From an uncultured Gemmatimonadaceae bacterium (GTDB lineage Bacteria > Gemmatimonadota > Gemmatimonadetes > Gemmatimonadales > Gemmatimonadaceae), in assembly GCA_963781585.1 (NCBI GenBank), contig CAWAGQ010000004.1:640001-704000 (forward strand): a stretch of 64,000 nt of DNA. Direction: 5' to 3'. Shown piece after piece: positions 36,489-46,186 of this stretch. The notes below the pieces were generated by a model that was not told the origin of the DNA, did no database searches, and was given only the letters and a program-made list of their open reading frames with translations. Each line of letters begins with the position of its first letter. Position 1 is the first letter of the stretch. The translations under genes and the position numbers were made by a program.

Positions 36489-36662
36489 GGGGTGAGCCCT
36501 GTAACGTTTCAATATGTGGAGCCGCTAAACATAGCGGGCCGTGGGACTTGCCGTCAACGCCCCTGCTCTGGAAAGGAGCCGGAGCCGCCGGCGCGAGCGC
36601 GGCCACGTCGACGTTGTCGTTGGGAGCGACGATCGCCGCGCGTACGGCGAGGGCCGCACGAC

Positions 36663-38219
36663 TCAGGCCACCGCGTACTGCTGCGTCACGTCTCGACCCG
36701 CGGTCTTCACCACCAGGCGGAACTCGTCAGGTCGCAGACGCGGATCGTCGCGCAGCTCGACGGCGAATCCCGCGATCTTCTCCAGCTTCTTGAGAAAATC
36801 GCGCTCCTCTTCGAGCAGGTGCAGCGCCACGTCGGGGTGCAGCTTCACCACCACCGCCTCCTTCTTTCCCTCGGCCTGCATCCGCCGCACAGCGCGCTCC
36901 ACGCGGCGCACAATCGTCCGCGGCGTGAATACGCGGCCGGTGCCGTGGCACGTCGGACAGGGTTCGGTCATGTTCTGGAGGTGGCTCTGCCGCACGCGCT
37001 GTCTCGTCATCTCCACGAGCCCCAGCTCGCTCACGGCAAACGCGCGGGTCCGGGCACGGTCGCGGCCGAGGTGGGTGCGCAGCTCCTGGAGGACCTTCTC
37101 GCGGTTGGTCCGCGATTCCATGTCGATGAAGTCGCAGACGATGATGCCACCCACGTCGCGGAGGCGAAGTTGACGGGCGACCTCACGTGCCGCCTCGAGG
37201 TTCGTCCTGAGGATGGTCTTTTCGGGGTCCTTCTTGCCGGTGAAGCGGCCGGAGTTCACGTCGATCGACACCAGTGCCTCGGTCGGCTCGATAATCAGGT
37301 AGCCGCCGGCCGGCAGGTCGCAGCGCCGCTTGAAGAGATCGCGGATCTCGGTCTCTATCTCCGCCTGGTCGAAGAGCGGAACGTGCCCCTGGTACAGGTG
37401 GATGCGTTCGACGAGCTCCGGGGCGATCTCCTTCAGGTACTCGACGATCTCGTTGAAGACCTGGCGGGAATCGACCTGGACGCTCTCGATCTTCGTGCTG
37501 AATACGTCCCGGATGATACCGCGCGTAAGGTTGGTCTCCCGGTGCAGCACCGCCGGCGCCCGCACGAACGACGTCTTTCGCTTGATTCGCTTCCATTGGG
37601 ACATCAGCGACTGCAACTCGCGCTGGAAGGTGTCCCGTGTCACGTCTTCCCCGACCGTGCGGACGATCACGCCCCCGGACTTCTCGGGCAGCATCTCCTG
37701 CACCTGATCACGCAGGCGTTGCCGTTCGGCGCGGTCTCCGATCTTGCGACTGATGCCGACGCGAGCGGCGAACGGCATGTAGACCAGGAACCGTCCGGCC
37801 AGCGAGACCTGGGCCGTCACGCGCGGCCCCTTGGTGGAAATCGGCTCCTTGGTGGCCTGGACGACGACGTCCTGGCCTTTCTTCAGGACGTCCTGGATCG
37901 GCGGCGCCTTGTCGCGGCGCGCCCGTCGACCCTCGTCGCCATTCTCCTCGTCCTCGCCGTCCTCGGGGTCGTCGGGTTCTCCGCCGTCCTCGTCGTAGAC
38001 GAGATCGGACGCGTGCAGAAAGGCGCTCTTTTCGGTGCCGATGTCGACAAAGGCGGCCTGAATGCCCGGCAGGACTGCTTCCACACGACCGATGTAGATG
38101 TCTCCGACCATGCGCCGGACGTCGGGCCGGTCGACAAGGAGCTCAACGAGCTGGTCGTCCTCGAGTATGGCGACGCGCGTTTCGCGCGGCGCCGCGTTGA
38201 TCAGGATTTCGCGTTTCAT
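36663..38219 (-). CDS. rng: ribonuclease E/G family protein
   Basis: [61 protein letters not shown]. Confidence 0.95.
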   Translation of the reverse strand: MKREILINAAPRETRVAILEDDQLVELLVDRPDVRRMVGDIYIGRVEAVLPGIQAAFVDIGTEKSAFLHASDLVYDEDGGEPDDPEDGEDEENGDEGRRARRDKAPPIQDVLKKGQDVVVQATKEPISTKGPRVTAQVSLAGRFLVYMPFAARVGISRKIGDRAERQRLRDQVQEMLPEKSGGVIVRTVGEDVTRDTFQRELQSLMSQWKRIKRKTSFVRAPAVLHRETNLTRGIIRDVFSTKIESVQVDSRQVFNEIVEYLKEIAPELVERIHLYQGHVPLFDQAEIETEIRDLFKRRCDLPAGGYLIIEPTEALVSIDVNSGRFTGKKDPEKTILRTNLEAAREVARQLRLRDVGGIIVCDFIDMESRTNREKVLQELRTHLGRDRARTRAFAVSELGLVEMTRQRVRQSHLQNMTEPCPTCHGTGRVFTPRTIVRRVERAVRRMQAEGKKEAVVVKLHPDVALHLLEEERDFLKKLEKIAGFAVELRDDPRLRPDEFRLVVKTAGRDVTQQYAVA

Positions 38220-38628
38220 CGGAGACCGACGCGCTCGCGCTGGGTTGCGACTCGACCCGCGGACCGCGACGGAAGAGAGTGGTGGTGGGCGCGTCCCCGA
38301 AGCCGACTGTTCCCGGCCGGGCGTGTCGCGTGACCAGGTGGGGCAGACGCGAAATCGTGATCGTCCACGTCGCGTCCGGACCACACGCGCGTCCGGCGGG
38401 AGAGCGCGAGTGCGTCTCCCGTGGCGCGGGTGCGGTCTGTGATCGGAGTGACATGCGATCGAGTTCCAGGCTCGGAATTGCGATTCCGTCGTTGCCGGCC
38501 GGGCCCGCCGGGGGCGTCACGCGCCTCCGCGGCTCCGGCCAATTCGAGCGGCGCTGCGCGAGTCGCGCGCGGCGCCGCCAGGTGAGCATCAGTTCCGGAC
38601 CGTGCCAGTGGACCTGACCTGTTCCCTC

Positions 38629-39180
38629 CTACGGTCCGACCTTCTTCCGAAAGACGAGCCAGGCCATGGCCAAGGCAAACCCCAGCGCGGCCTTCCACTC
38701 GCCGTGCTTCAGATACAGGTCAAAGCTAAACGGTGCGGCGTTTTCCCGGCGAGAGCCCGTCCAGGGGGTGACCCGCGGAACAAACGCCGGCACGTTGGCC
38801 TCGTACTCGGCGTAGGCATCGGGAAAGCGCGAGCGGATGTTGGCCCGCTCGCGCTCCATCGTGGGGGCGTAGACCAGCACGAAGAACGAGATCACCAGCA
38901 GGAGCAGCGACCAGTGCGCCGCCACCGCGAAGCCGGCGGCGATGAGGAAGCTCCCGAAGTACAGCGGGTTCCGGGTATGGGCGTACGGGCCGGAGGTGGC
39001 CAGCCGTTCGTTCTTCGCGATGTGTCCCGAGGCCCAGGCCCGCACGCCGAGGCCGACCAGGGCCACGGTGCCGCCGAACATCAGGGCGCCCGGCGTGGGG
39101 TGCACGAACGCGAGGTACAGCAGGGAGAGCGTGAACCCGAGCGGGAGGCGCAGCCGCTTCGCGACCAGCGAGTACGTCAC
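38629..39180 (-). CDS. isoprenylcysteine carboxyl methyltransferase/PEMT family membrane protein
   Basis: [35 protein letters not shown]; several TM segments. Confidence 0.85.
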   Translation of the reverse strand: MTYSLVAKRLRLPLGFTLSLLYLAFVHPTPGALMFGGTVALVGLGVRAWASGHIAKNERLATSGPYAHTRNPLYFGSFLIAAGFAVAAHWSLLLLVISFFVLVYAPTMERERANIRSRFPDAYAEYEANVPAFVPRVTPWTGSRRENAAPFSFDLYLKHGEWKAALGFALAMAWLVFRKKVGP

Positions 39181-40394
39181 ACCGGGAGGTTTCCGAGCAG
39201 GTCGCGGGCGATCACGAGGCGTTGAATCTCGCTCGTGCCTTCCCCGATCTCGCAGACCTTGGCATCGCGCATCATGCGCTCGACGGGAAAGTCCCTGGTG
39301 TAGCCGTAGCCTCCGTGGAGCTGGACGGCCTTAATCGTCGCCCGCATGGCCAGTTCCGAGCAGAACAGCTTGGCCATCGCGGCGGCGGTCGTGTACGGCT
39401 TGCCGTGCTGCGCCAGCCAGGCCGCGTGGTAGACGAGGTGCTTCCCGGCCTCGATCTCGGTCGCCAGGTCACTGAGCTGGAACTGGACGCCCTGGAACAG
39501 GGCCACCGGTTGCCCGAACTGGCGGCGGCCCGAGGTGTACCGGACCGCCTGGTCGAACGCCCCCTCGGCGATGCCTAACGAGAGAGCGCCGATCCCGATG
39601 CGTCCGGAATCGAGCGTGCGCATGAAATTGACGAATCCCTCTCCCTCATTTCCGAGGCGGTTCTCCACCGGCACTTCGACATCCTCGAGGATGAGCTCCC
39701 GGGTATCTGATGCGCGCCATCCGAGCTTGTCTTCCTTCCGGCCGGAGCGAAACCCCGGCATGGCCGCGATGGTCGGGTCGTGGCCGATGCCGTGCGGGCG
39801 GGCACGCTCCCGATCGTCGTTGTGCTTGGTGAGGATGAACGAGGTGATGCCGCGCGCCTTCCTGGCGGGGTCGGTGAGCGCGGTCACCACGAAGATCTCG
39901 CCCACGCCGCCGTGCGTGATGAAGCGCTTGGATCCGTTCAGGATGTATCGATCACCCTTCCGCCGAGCGACCGTGCGGGTGCCCCCGGCGTCGCTGCCCG
40001 CACCCTCTTCGGTGAGTCCAAAGCCGCCCATCACCCGACCCGACGCCAGCGGCGCCACGAAGCGCAATCGCTGGGCATCGGTTCCGAAATGCACGATTGG
40101 CGACGTGCCCAGCGTGGTGTGCGCGGAAATCGTGAGCGCATGAGACGCGTCGACCTTGGCCAGTTCGTGAATGGCGATGATGTAGCTGAACAGGTCGAGG
40201 CCGGCGCCGCCGAGTGATTCGGGCCACGGGATGCCCAGCAGCCCGAGTTCCGACATGCGCCGGATGTTCTCCCAAGGAAACTCGGCTGATTCGTCGTACT
40301 GCGCGGCAACCGGCGCGACCACGTCGGTCGCAAACGCGCGCACCATCTCGCGCACCGCCAGATGCTGCTCGGTGAAATACAGCCTGTCGTCCAT
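39177..40394 (-). CDS. acyl-CoA dehydrogenase
   Basis: [55 protein letters not shown]. Confidence 0.95.
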   Translation of the reverse strand: MDDRLYFTEQHLAVREMVRAFATDVVAPVAAQYDESAEFPWENIRRMSELGLLGIPWPESLGGAGLDLFSYIIAIHELAKVDASHALTISAHTTLGTSPIVHFGTDAQRLRFVAPLASGRVMGGFGLTEEGAGSDAGGTRTVARRKGDRYILNGSKRFITHGGVGEIFVVTALTDPARKARGITSFILTKHNDDRERARPHGIGHDPTIAAMPGFRSGRKEDKLGWRASDTRELILEDVEVPVENRLGNEGEGFVNFMRTLDSGRIGIGALSLGIAEGAFDQAVRYTSGRRQFGQPVALFQGVQFQLSDLATEIEAGKHLVYHAAWLAQHGKPYTTAAAMAKLFCSELAMRATIKAVQLHGGYGYTRDFPVERMMRDAKVCEIGEGTSEIQRLVIARDLLGNLPV

Positions 40395-40510
40395 TCGGGC
40401 CCGGAGGAGTACTCGCTGGCGAGGGTCTCGGTGGCCGCGGCGCGTCGCTCTCGCCGCCGCCGGCATTCCGCTCCCGGACGCCGTCGGAGAGGCGGCGCCC
40501 GGGAGAGAGA

Positions 40511-42187
40511 TCAGTCGTCGCAGTTATCGCACCGTGAGCACGTAGCCCGCGCCGACTCGTCGCCGAAATATCGAAGGATGTATTCGCGGCGGCAACCGCG
40601 AGTTGCAGCGTAACCAACCATCGCGTCGAGCTTTGCACGTTCCCCGGCTCGCCGGTGCTCCAGGCGATGGAGCGCTGCGGCCAGGTGGAGCTCTGCGCGA
40701 CGGCCCGTGTCGAGGGTGCCGTGGCGGACGTGGCGGCGCACGTAGACCAGCTGCCGGCCCTCGAGCTCCTGGAGTGCGCGCTGAAGCACAAACGGACGCG
40801 CCACGAGCGGCGGCTGATCGACGGCGATCCAGTCGTCACCGCCGGTGTCGCACGCGAAGCGCAGAACGCGGCGCGCCGATTCGGAAAGCGCGGCCTCTTC
40901 GCAGACTGCCCGGAGGGGCGAGGCCAGCAGACGGATCTGGACCGGGTCGGCGCGGTCGGCCACGTGCAGGAGGCCATTCTGTTGCAGGAAGTCGGCGGCG
41001 CGTTTGAGAGAGTCCGGCGCGAGACGCTGTCGCGAGCCGGCGGCCAGCCGCGAGGGGTCGAGGCGCACCGGCGCCGATTCGCGGGCCAGCAGGTCGTAGG
41101 TGCGCCTAACGACGGACGGTTCGGGATACGACACGTCGCGAAAGCGATCGTGCACCCGCCGATCGCGGGGATGGAAGAGGAGGATGCAGCGCGCCGCCGC
41201 CCCGTCACGACCGGCGCGGCCGGCCTCCTGATAGTAGTCCTCCAGCGAGCCCGACATCGCGAAATGGAGCACCAGTCGTACGTCGGCCTTGTCGATGCCC
41301 ATGCCGAAAGCGTTGGTTGCGGCAATGATCGGCACCCGGCCGCTCATGAATGACTCCTGCGCGCGTGCGCGACGGTCCGGCGAGAGCCCGGCGTGGTATC
41401 CCACGGCCGCGATGCGCTGCTTCGCGAGCAGTCGGACCACATGCTCTACCTGTCGCCGTGTGGCGGCGTACACCACCACTGCCCCGGACGGATTGGCGAC
41501 CAGTCCGGCCATCGCCTCCACGCGCGCGGCTTCGTTCGCGACGGCGGCGACGCCAAGGCGGAGGTTTGGTCGGTCGAAGCCGCTGACGATTTCGACCGGC
41601 GCCCGCAGCCCCAGCAACTCGCGAATGTCTCGCCGAACCGCCGGCGTGGCGGTTGCGGTCAGGGCGACCGTCTGGGGCATTCCGAGCGTCCGCCTGACGT
41701 CGCGGATGCGGAGATAGCTCGGTCGGAAATCGTGGCCCCATTCGCTCACACAATGCGCTTCGTCGACAGCCAGGAGCGACGGCCGGAGCACGCGAAGCAG
41801 GTCGATCGTGGACGCGATGACGAGTCGCTCCGGGGCGACGTACAGCAGTTTGATCTCACCCCGCCGCAGCCGGGCAAGTCGGCGCGCCGCCTCGTCAGGC
41901 GGCACGGTGCTGTTGATGACTTCCGCCGCCACGCCGCGCTTCTGGAGGGCCTGCACCTGGTCCGCCATCAGCGAGATGAGGGGGGAGACGACCACAGTCA
42001 GACCGGGCAGCAGGAGCGCCGGAATCTGAAAGCAGAGGGACTTCCCGCCGCCGGTCGGGAGCACGATCAGCGCATCCGCGCGCCGAAGCACGGCCTGCAC
42101 GGCACCGATCTGCGGCGCGCGAAAGTCGTCGTAGCCGAAGGTGGCGCGGAGTGCGCTGCGTGCATCGTCGAGCGTGAGCGGGGGCAC
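40511..42187 (-). CDS. recQ: RecQ family ATP-dependent DNA helicase
   Basis: [52 protein letters not shown], Zn domain CRR...CSRCDNC. Confidence 0.95.
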   Translation of the reverse strand: MPPLTLDDARSALRATFGYDDFRAPQIGAVQAVLRRADALIVLPTGGGKSLCFQIPALLLPGLTVVVSPLISLMADQVQALQKRGVAAEVINSTVPPDEAARRLARLRRGEIKLLYVAPERLVIASTIDLLRVLRPSLLAVDEAHCVSEWGHDFRPSYLRIRDVRRTLGMPQTVALTATATPAVRRDIRELLGLRAPVEIVSGFDRPNLRLGVAAVANEAARVEAMAGLVANPSGAVVVYAATRRQVEHVVRLLAKQRIAAVGYHAGLSPDRRARAQESFMSGRVPIIAATNAFGMGIDKADVRLVLHFAMSGSLEDYYQEAGRAGRDGAAARCILLFHPRDRRVHDRFRDVSYPEPSVVRRTYDLLARESAPVRLDPSRLAAGSRQRLAPDSLKRAADFLQQNGLLHVADRADPVQIRLLASPLRAVCEEAALSESARRVLRFACDTGGDDWIAVDQPPLVARPFVLQRALQELEGRQLVYVRRHVRHGTLDTGRRAELHLAAALHRLEHRRAGERAKLDAMVGYAATRGCRREYILRYFGDESARATCSRCDNCDD

Positions 42188-42507
42188 GCCGAAAGCTGCG
42201 CGCTCGGCGATCGACCTGCGCCATCGCGCGGTTGCACCCCGGAGCAGAATCCCGCGCGAGCATCAGGTCTCGCGCAGATGTGGCGCAGCAGGTAATCCCG
42301 TCGGCTCCGAGCGACTCTGTGGGAGATCCCCCGACGCTGCCGTCAGGGTTCGACTGGAGCCCGGCGTGGTGACGTGACGACGCTTCATTAGCGATCGTCA
42401 ATGTTGCCGAGTAGTGCGCCATCGGCAGTAATCGACGCGGGCTGACAAGGAAGTTCGCGCGAAACAAGGGCGGCGCATCCCATCCCTCAATGCTGGAGGT
42501 GGTACCG

Positions 42508-43080
42508 ATGCTCCGTCTCACCCGAGCAACACTGTCTGTCGCTGCGCTCCTGGGCATGGCGCAGGTGGCGACCGCGCAGGGCGGCCTCACATCGAACATC
42601 GCAACGGCAACGCTGTCAGCCGCGAAGGCCGCATCGTTGAGCGTGTCGATCACGTCGGGCGCCTCACAGTCGATCGCCAATCTCGTCGACAACGCGGTGA
42701 ACACCTTTCCCGGCGCAACGCCGGTGGTCATTCAGACTGACTGGGACATCAATCCGAGTGCCGCGAGCATCTCACTGGTGGGCTACTTCAGCGCGCCGTC
42801 GCAGGCCCTCGCCAACGGCACCGACTACATCACGAGCAGCCTGATTCTCGGCCGCGTGTCCACCGGACTCCCGACCTCGTTCACGACCTTCACGCAGAAC
42901 GCGCTTGCTGGCGTCGGGACGGCGGGTGGCAGTCTCGTCCTGTTCACGCAGGCGATCAACGGCACCAACAAGCAATCGTCGCGAACGGACAATCTCGAGC
43001 TGCGGATCGACATGACCGGCCAGACGGCCACGGCCGGCACGTACACCGGAACGCTGAACCTCCGGCTCGTCACGCAGTGA
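42508..43080 (+). CDS. pilin-like secreted subunit (Csu/spore-coat-U-like)
   Basis: GGAGG RBS; signal peptide ..QVATAQ; Thr/Ser/Gly-rich; C-terminal AGTYTGTLNLRL strand. Confidence 0.65.
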   Translation: MLRLTRATLSVAALLGMAQVATAQGGLTSNIATATLSAAKAASLSVSITSGASQSIANLVDNAVNTFPGATPVVIQTDWDINPSAASISLVGYFSAPSQALANGTDYITSSLILGRVSTGLPTSFTTFTQNALAGVGTAGGSLVLFTQAINGTNKQSSRTDNLELRIDMTGQTATAGTYTGTLNLRLVTQ

Positions 43081-43814
43081 TGACCGGCAACGACGTCCGA
43101 TGGCTCGCGGTGACTTCCCGGATCGTTCGGGGCCTGCTGTGGACCGTCGTTCTCCTGCCAGCCACGGCGCGGGCGCAATCGATCAGCCCCGCCGTGGTCG
43201 AATACCGTGAAGCGGCACGCGGCAAGTTCGAGCTCGCCAACAAGACCCTCTATCCCCTGCGCGTGGTGCTCGACCCCCGCGGATTCGTGGTGGAGGAGTC
43301 GGGCACACTGATCGACGAGCCGCTTGACACCACGGTCGTGCATCTCCGTCTGTCGACGATGAGCTTCACCATTCCACCGCTGCAGAACTACGCCGTGTAT
43401 TACGAGGCGAGCGCCTCGAAGTATCCCGCGTGGTTCCAGATCATCAGCGCGATCAGCGGCGGGCGGACGGCCGAGGGACTGAACGTCCGCATCGAGATGC
43501 CGCACGTCGTGTACCTCCTGCAGCGCCGTTCCCTCGCGCGCGCCGACGTTTCGATCCGGGGACTGTCGTACGATTCCGTGGGGCACCGCGTGCTGATCGA
43601 CGTGGAGAACATGGGGAGCGCTCTGGGGCGGATCCTTCGTACGGAAGTGACGGATGGCAGCGGCGCGCGGGCGGTTGGGCCAGCACTGCCACTCTTTCCG
43701 AACAGCCGGCGACATATCGAAATCCCGTGGAACCATCCCGAGTCGGCGGAACGGGTGATCCTGCGCTTCGCGGGGTTTTCGGTCGAGGAACGCCGACGGG
43801 CGGCGTCCAACTGA
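43080..43814 (+). CDS. PapD-like periplasmic chaperone
   Basis: Signal peptide, then QSISPAVVEY...FELAN, FTIPP, ENMGSALGR, LFPNSRR two-Ig-domain pattern. Confidence 0.6.
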   Translation: MTGNDVRWLAVTSRIVRGLLWTVVLLPATARAQSISPAVVEYREAARGKFELANKTLYPLRVVLDPRGFVVEESGTLIDEPLDTTVVHLRLSTMSFTIPPLQNYAVYYEASASKYPAWFQIISAISGGRTAEGLNVRIEMPHVVYLLQRRSLARADVSIRGLSYDSVGHRVLIDVENMGSALGRILRTEVTDGSGARAVGPALPLFPNSRRHIEIPWNHPESAERVILRFAGFSVEERRRAASN

Positions 43815-43815
43815 G

Positions 43816-45429
43816 GTGGGCAGACTGCCGCGTCGCTCCGTTCTTGCTGCCGTCATCGCGTGCGCCGCACCTTCGGCGCTCTCCGCTCAGGTCATTCAGA
43901 TTCAAGGGACAGCCTCGTCCCTGGAGTCGGGGGTCGGCGCCGCTCTGAAGGTGTGGGGCGACGGTTACGACGGCGGTGCGGGCATCGGGTACCTGCGTGG
44001 GCTTCGCACGAGTCTCTGGGTGCGACGCGCGATCGGGCGCGACACGCTCCGGCTGGGCGACGATGTCATTCCCCTGCGCCTCGCGTCCGATGTATTCGGC
44101 TCGAGTCCGGTGATTCTCGCGCAGGGGGCAGGGTTGCGCGCGCGCCGCGGCCGCACGGCCTTCAGCGTGTTCGCCGGCGCGAGTGCACGCGCCCTGCCCT
44201 CTCCGCTCTTCACATCGACAGAACGCGAATCACCGCTGGGCTACCTGCACGGCGAGAGCGCGATCTCTCCGAGGATTTTGCTGGCGGGAGACGCGGTGGT
44301 GGCACACCGACAGACGCTGCTACTGAGCTCTTCGTGGCAGCCGGTGTCGGACATGACGGCAAGCGCCTCCGCCGGCGTGGGTGGCAACGCGCCGTATGCC
44401 GCGTCCGCGTTCCGGGTTCACCGGGAGCGCTTCGACGTCACAACGGCGTACGTGTATCACGGAGACGCCTATCGGCGCGCCGATGCGCCCCTCAGCGTCC
44501 ACGCCGAAGTCGAAGGGGCGAATGCATCCGCGACCTGGCGCCCCTTGCCTTCGTTCGCCATCAACGCCGGCCGACAGCACTTCCGGCAGGACAGCGTGGT
44601 GGCCGGCATGTCGCCCAATGCCACATCCACTCAGGCGTCACTCTCCTGGGCCTCAACCGCATTGGCCGCGTCGCTGGGTGGCTTCGAGTCGCAGTCGGAT
44701 TCCGTGCGCAATTTCAGTTCGTTCGCGTACCTGCGGCGCGACCTGACTTCGTGGTTTCGGGGGGATCTCTATCTGCTCTCGATCTGGGAGCCGCATCGGA
44801 TCCGCAGCACGACCCCGGTCCTGTACCTGCGCGAAAGCCTCTCGCCACGCGCGGAGTTCGTTCAGGTCGTGACGCGCAGCGACCGTGGCACGACGGTCAA
44901 TTTCGGCGGGGCCCTGCGGGGCGGACTCAGCGAAGTGAGCGTCGACTATCAGGTCGTGCACTCCCCGCTCCGCGTCAACGACCCCTTCCAGACGTCCATG
45001 GGGCTGACGGTGAGGCTGCAGCTTGGCGCCCTGCAACTTTCCCTCGGGAGCTTCGTGGCGCCCGACGGCCGCACGTACTTCTCGGCGTCGGGCGGGAGCT
45101 TTCTCTATCGCGCGGCGTCATCGATGGGGCGAGCCGAGGGGCTGCTGTTCCAGTTCGACCGATTCCTCGTGCGGGGACGCGTGGTCGACGAGGAGGGCAA
45201 CCCGGTCGAGGGTGCCGCCATTCGACTGGGAGACGAGACCGTCTACACGAACCGCCGCGGTGAATTCTTTCTCCGACGCCCCTCGGCGCAGGCGCTGCCG
45301 CTCACGGTGCTGCCAACGGACTTTCTGCTGCCGGGAACCTACGAGACCGTCAGCGCGCCCGAACAGGCGACACCGGCACGAGAGGGACACGAGCAGCCGG
45401 TCACCATCGTGGTCCGCAAGCGCGCCTAA
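43816..45429 (+). CDS. outer-membrane beta-rich protein with C-terminal carboxypeptidase-regulatory-like domain (usher-like)
   Basis: Signal peptide; amphipathic beta strands; VRGRVVDEEGNPVEGAAI...TNRRGEFF. Confidence 0.6.
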   Translation: MGRLPRRSVLAAVIACAAPSALSAQVIQIQGTASSLESGVGAALKVWGDGYDGGAGIGYLRGLRTSLWVRRAIGRDTLRLGDDVIPLRLASDVFGSSPVILAQGAGLRARRGRTAFSVFAGASARALPSPLFTSTERESPLGYLHGESAISPRILLAGDAVVAHRQTLLLSSSWQPVSDMTASASAGVGGNAPYAASAFRVHRERFDVTTAYVYHGDAYRRADAPLSVHAEVEGANASATWRPLPSFAINAGRQHFRQDSVVAGMSPNATSTQASLSWASTALAASLGGFESQSDSVRNFSSFAYLRRDLTSWFRGDLYLLSIWEPHRIRSTTPVLYLRESLSPRAEFVQVVTRSDRGTTVNFGGALRGGLSEVSVDYQVVHSPLRVNDPFQTSMGLTVRLQLGALQLSLGSFVAPDGRTYFSASGGSFLYRAASSMGRAEGLLFQFDRFLVRGRVVDEEGNPVEGAAIRLGDETVYTNRRGEFFLRRPSAQALPLTVLPTDFLLPGTYETVSAPEQATPAREGHEQPVTIVVRKRA

Positions 45430-45956
45430 CGTGCCTCCCCGACCGGACCGATGAGGTGCAGCACATCCTCGCGATCGGCGACCAACCGACCATTCACATC
45501 GAACAGTTCGTACCGCAGGCAGGCCGCCCCGGTCGCCTGTCCGGGTTCCGCGATCACGCGATATCGGACCACGCGCTCCGCGGTCGCTGACAGCATGACG
45601 GGGCTGGCCCCGGCCGCCTCGGGAACGATGACCAGACGGCCCGCGCTGTCGCGAACGAACAGGCGCGTCACGTTGTCGCCGCGGCTGCACTGGCCCTTCG
45701 TCAGGCCGAGGACATCGCCAGTCCTAACGACAAACGGTATCGGCGCGGTGACGTCCAGAACCTGCGGGCCCACCCGGCGGACGGTCTCACCGGTGGGGAG
45801 TCGTGGTTCGGGGGCGCTGATGGGCGCGGTGGCAGGCGGCCGCTTGACGACGATCAGGGTTACTTGCGCGACCCTGCTCCGGGTTGCCTGCGCCCTGGTG
45901 CTGACGGGGGTCAGCAACAGGCAGGCGACCAGGGTAACGGGGAGCGTCCGCTGCAT
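45426..45956 (-). CDS. hypothetical secreted protein
   Basis: Signal peptide ..TPVSTRAQ; convergent with the usher-like gene. Confidence 0.5.
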   Translation of the reverse strand: MQRTLPVTLVACLLLTPVSTRAQATRSRVAQVTLIVVKRPPATAPISAPEPRLPTGETVRRVGPQVLDVTAPIPFVVRTGDVLGLTKGQCSRGDNVTRLFVRDSAGRLVIVPEAAGASPVMLSATAERVVRYRVIAEPGQATGAACLRYELFDVNGRLVADREDVLHLIGPVGEAR

Positions 45957-46186
45957 CCACGTCGCCCGTTCGGCACGACATCTGGTGTTGTGGACCACGC
46001 CACAACGGGCCGGTGAGACGGCGCTCGGTGCGGGTCGAAAGGTAGTGCCGGCCGCCTTCCGTTCTGGCTCGGGATGCATGCTTTACAGCCTCGGCTGGCC
46101 ACCCCTGAAAGTTTAGCGCTGCCTCGCATACCGGAAGAGGTTGCCCGCGGGTCAATTCCCCAATACTCCCGTGCGACACGGCGCCC

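Noticed and set aside
38220..38628. RNase P RNA or tmRNA
   Set aside because: No GAGGAAAGTCC or other RNase P signature, and no tmRNA ends found on either strand.
45990..46160. Second GEMM-like riboswitch on the minus strand before the secreted gene
   Set aside because: Scattered partial matches (GGGCAAC, TAAAGC, CTACC), but spacing and the P2 GNRA/CGCAAA core do not fit.
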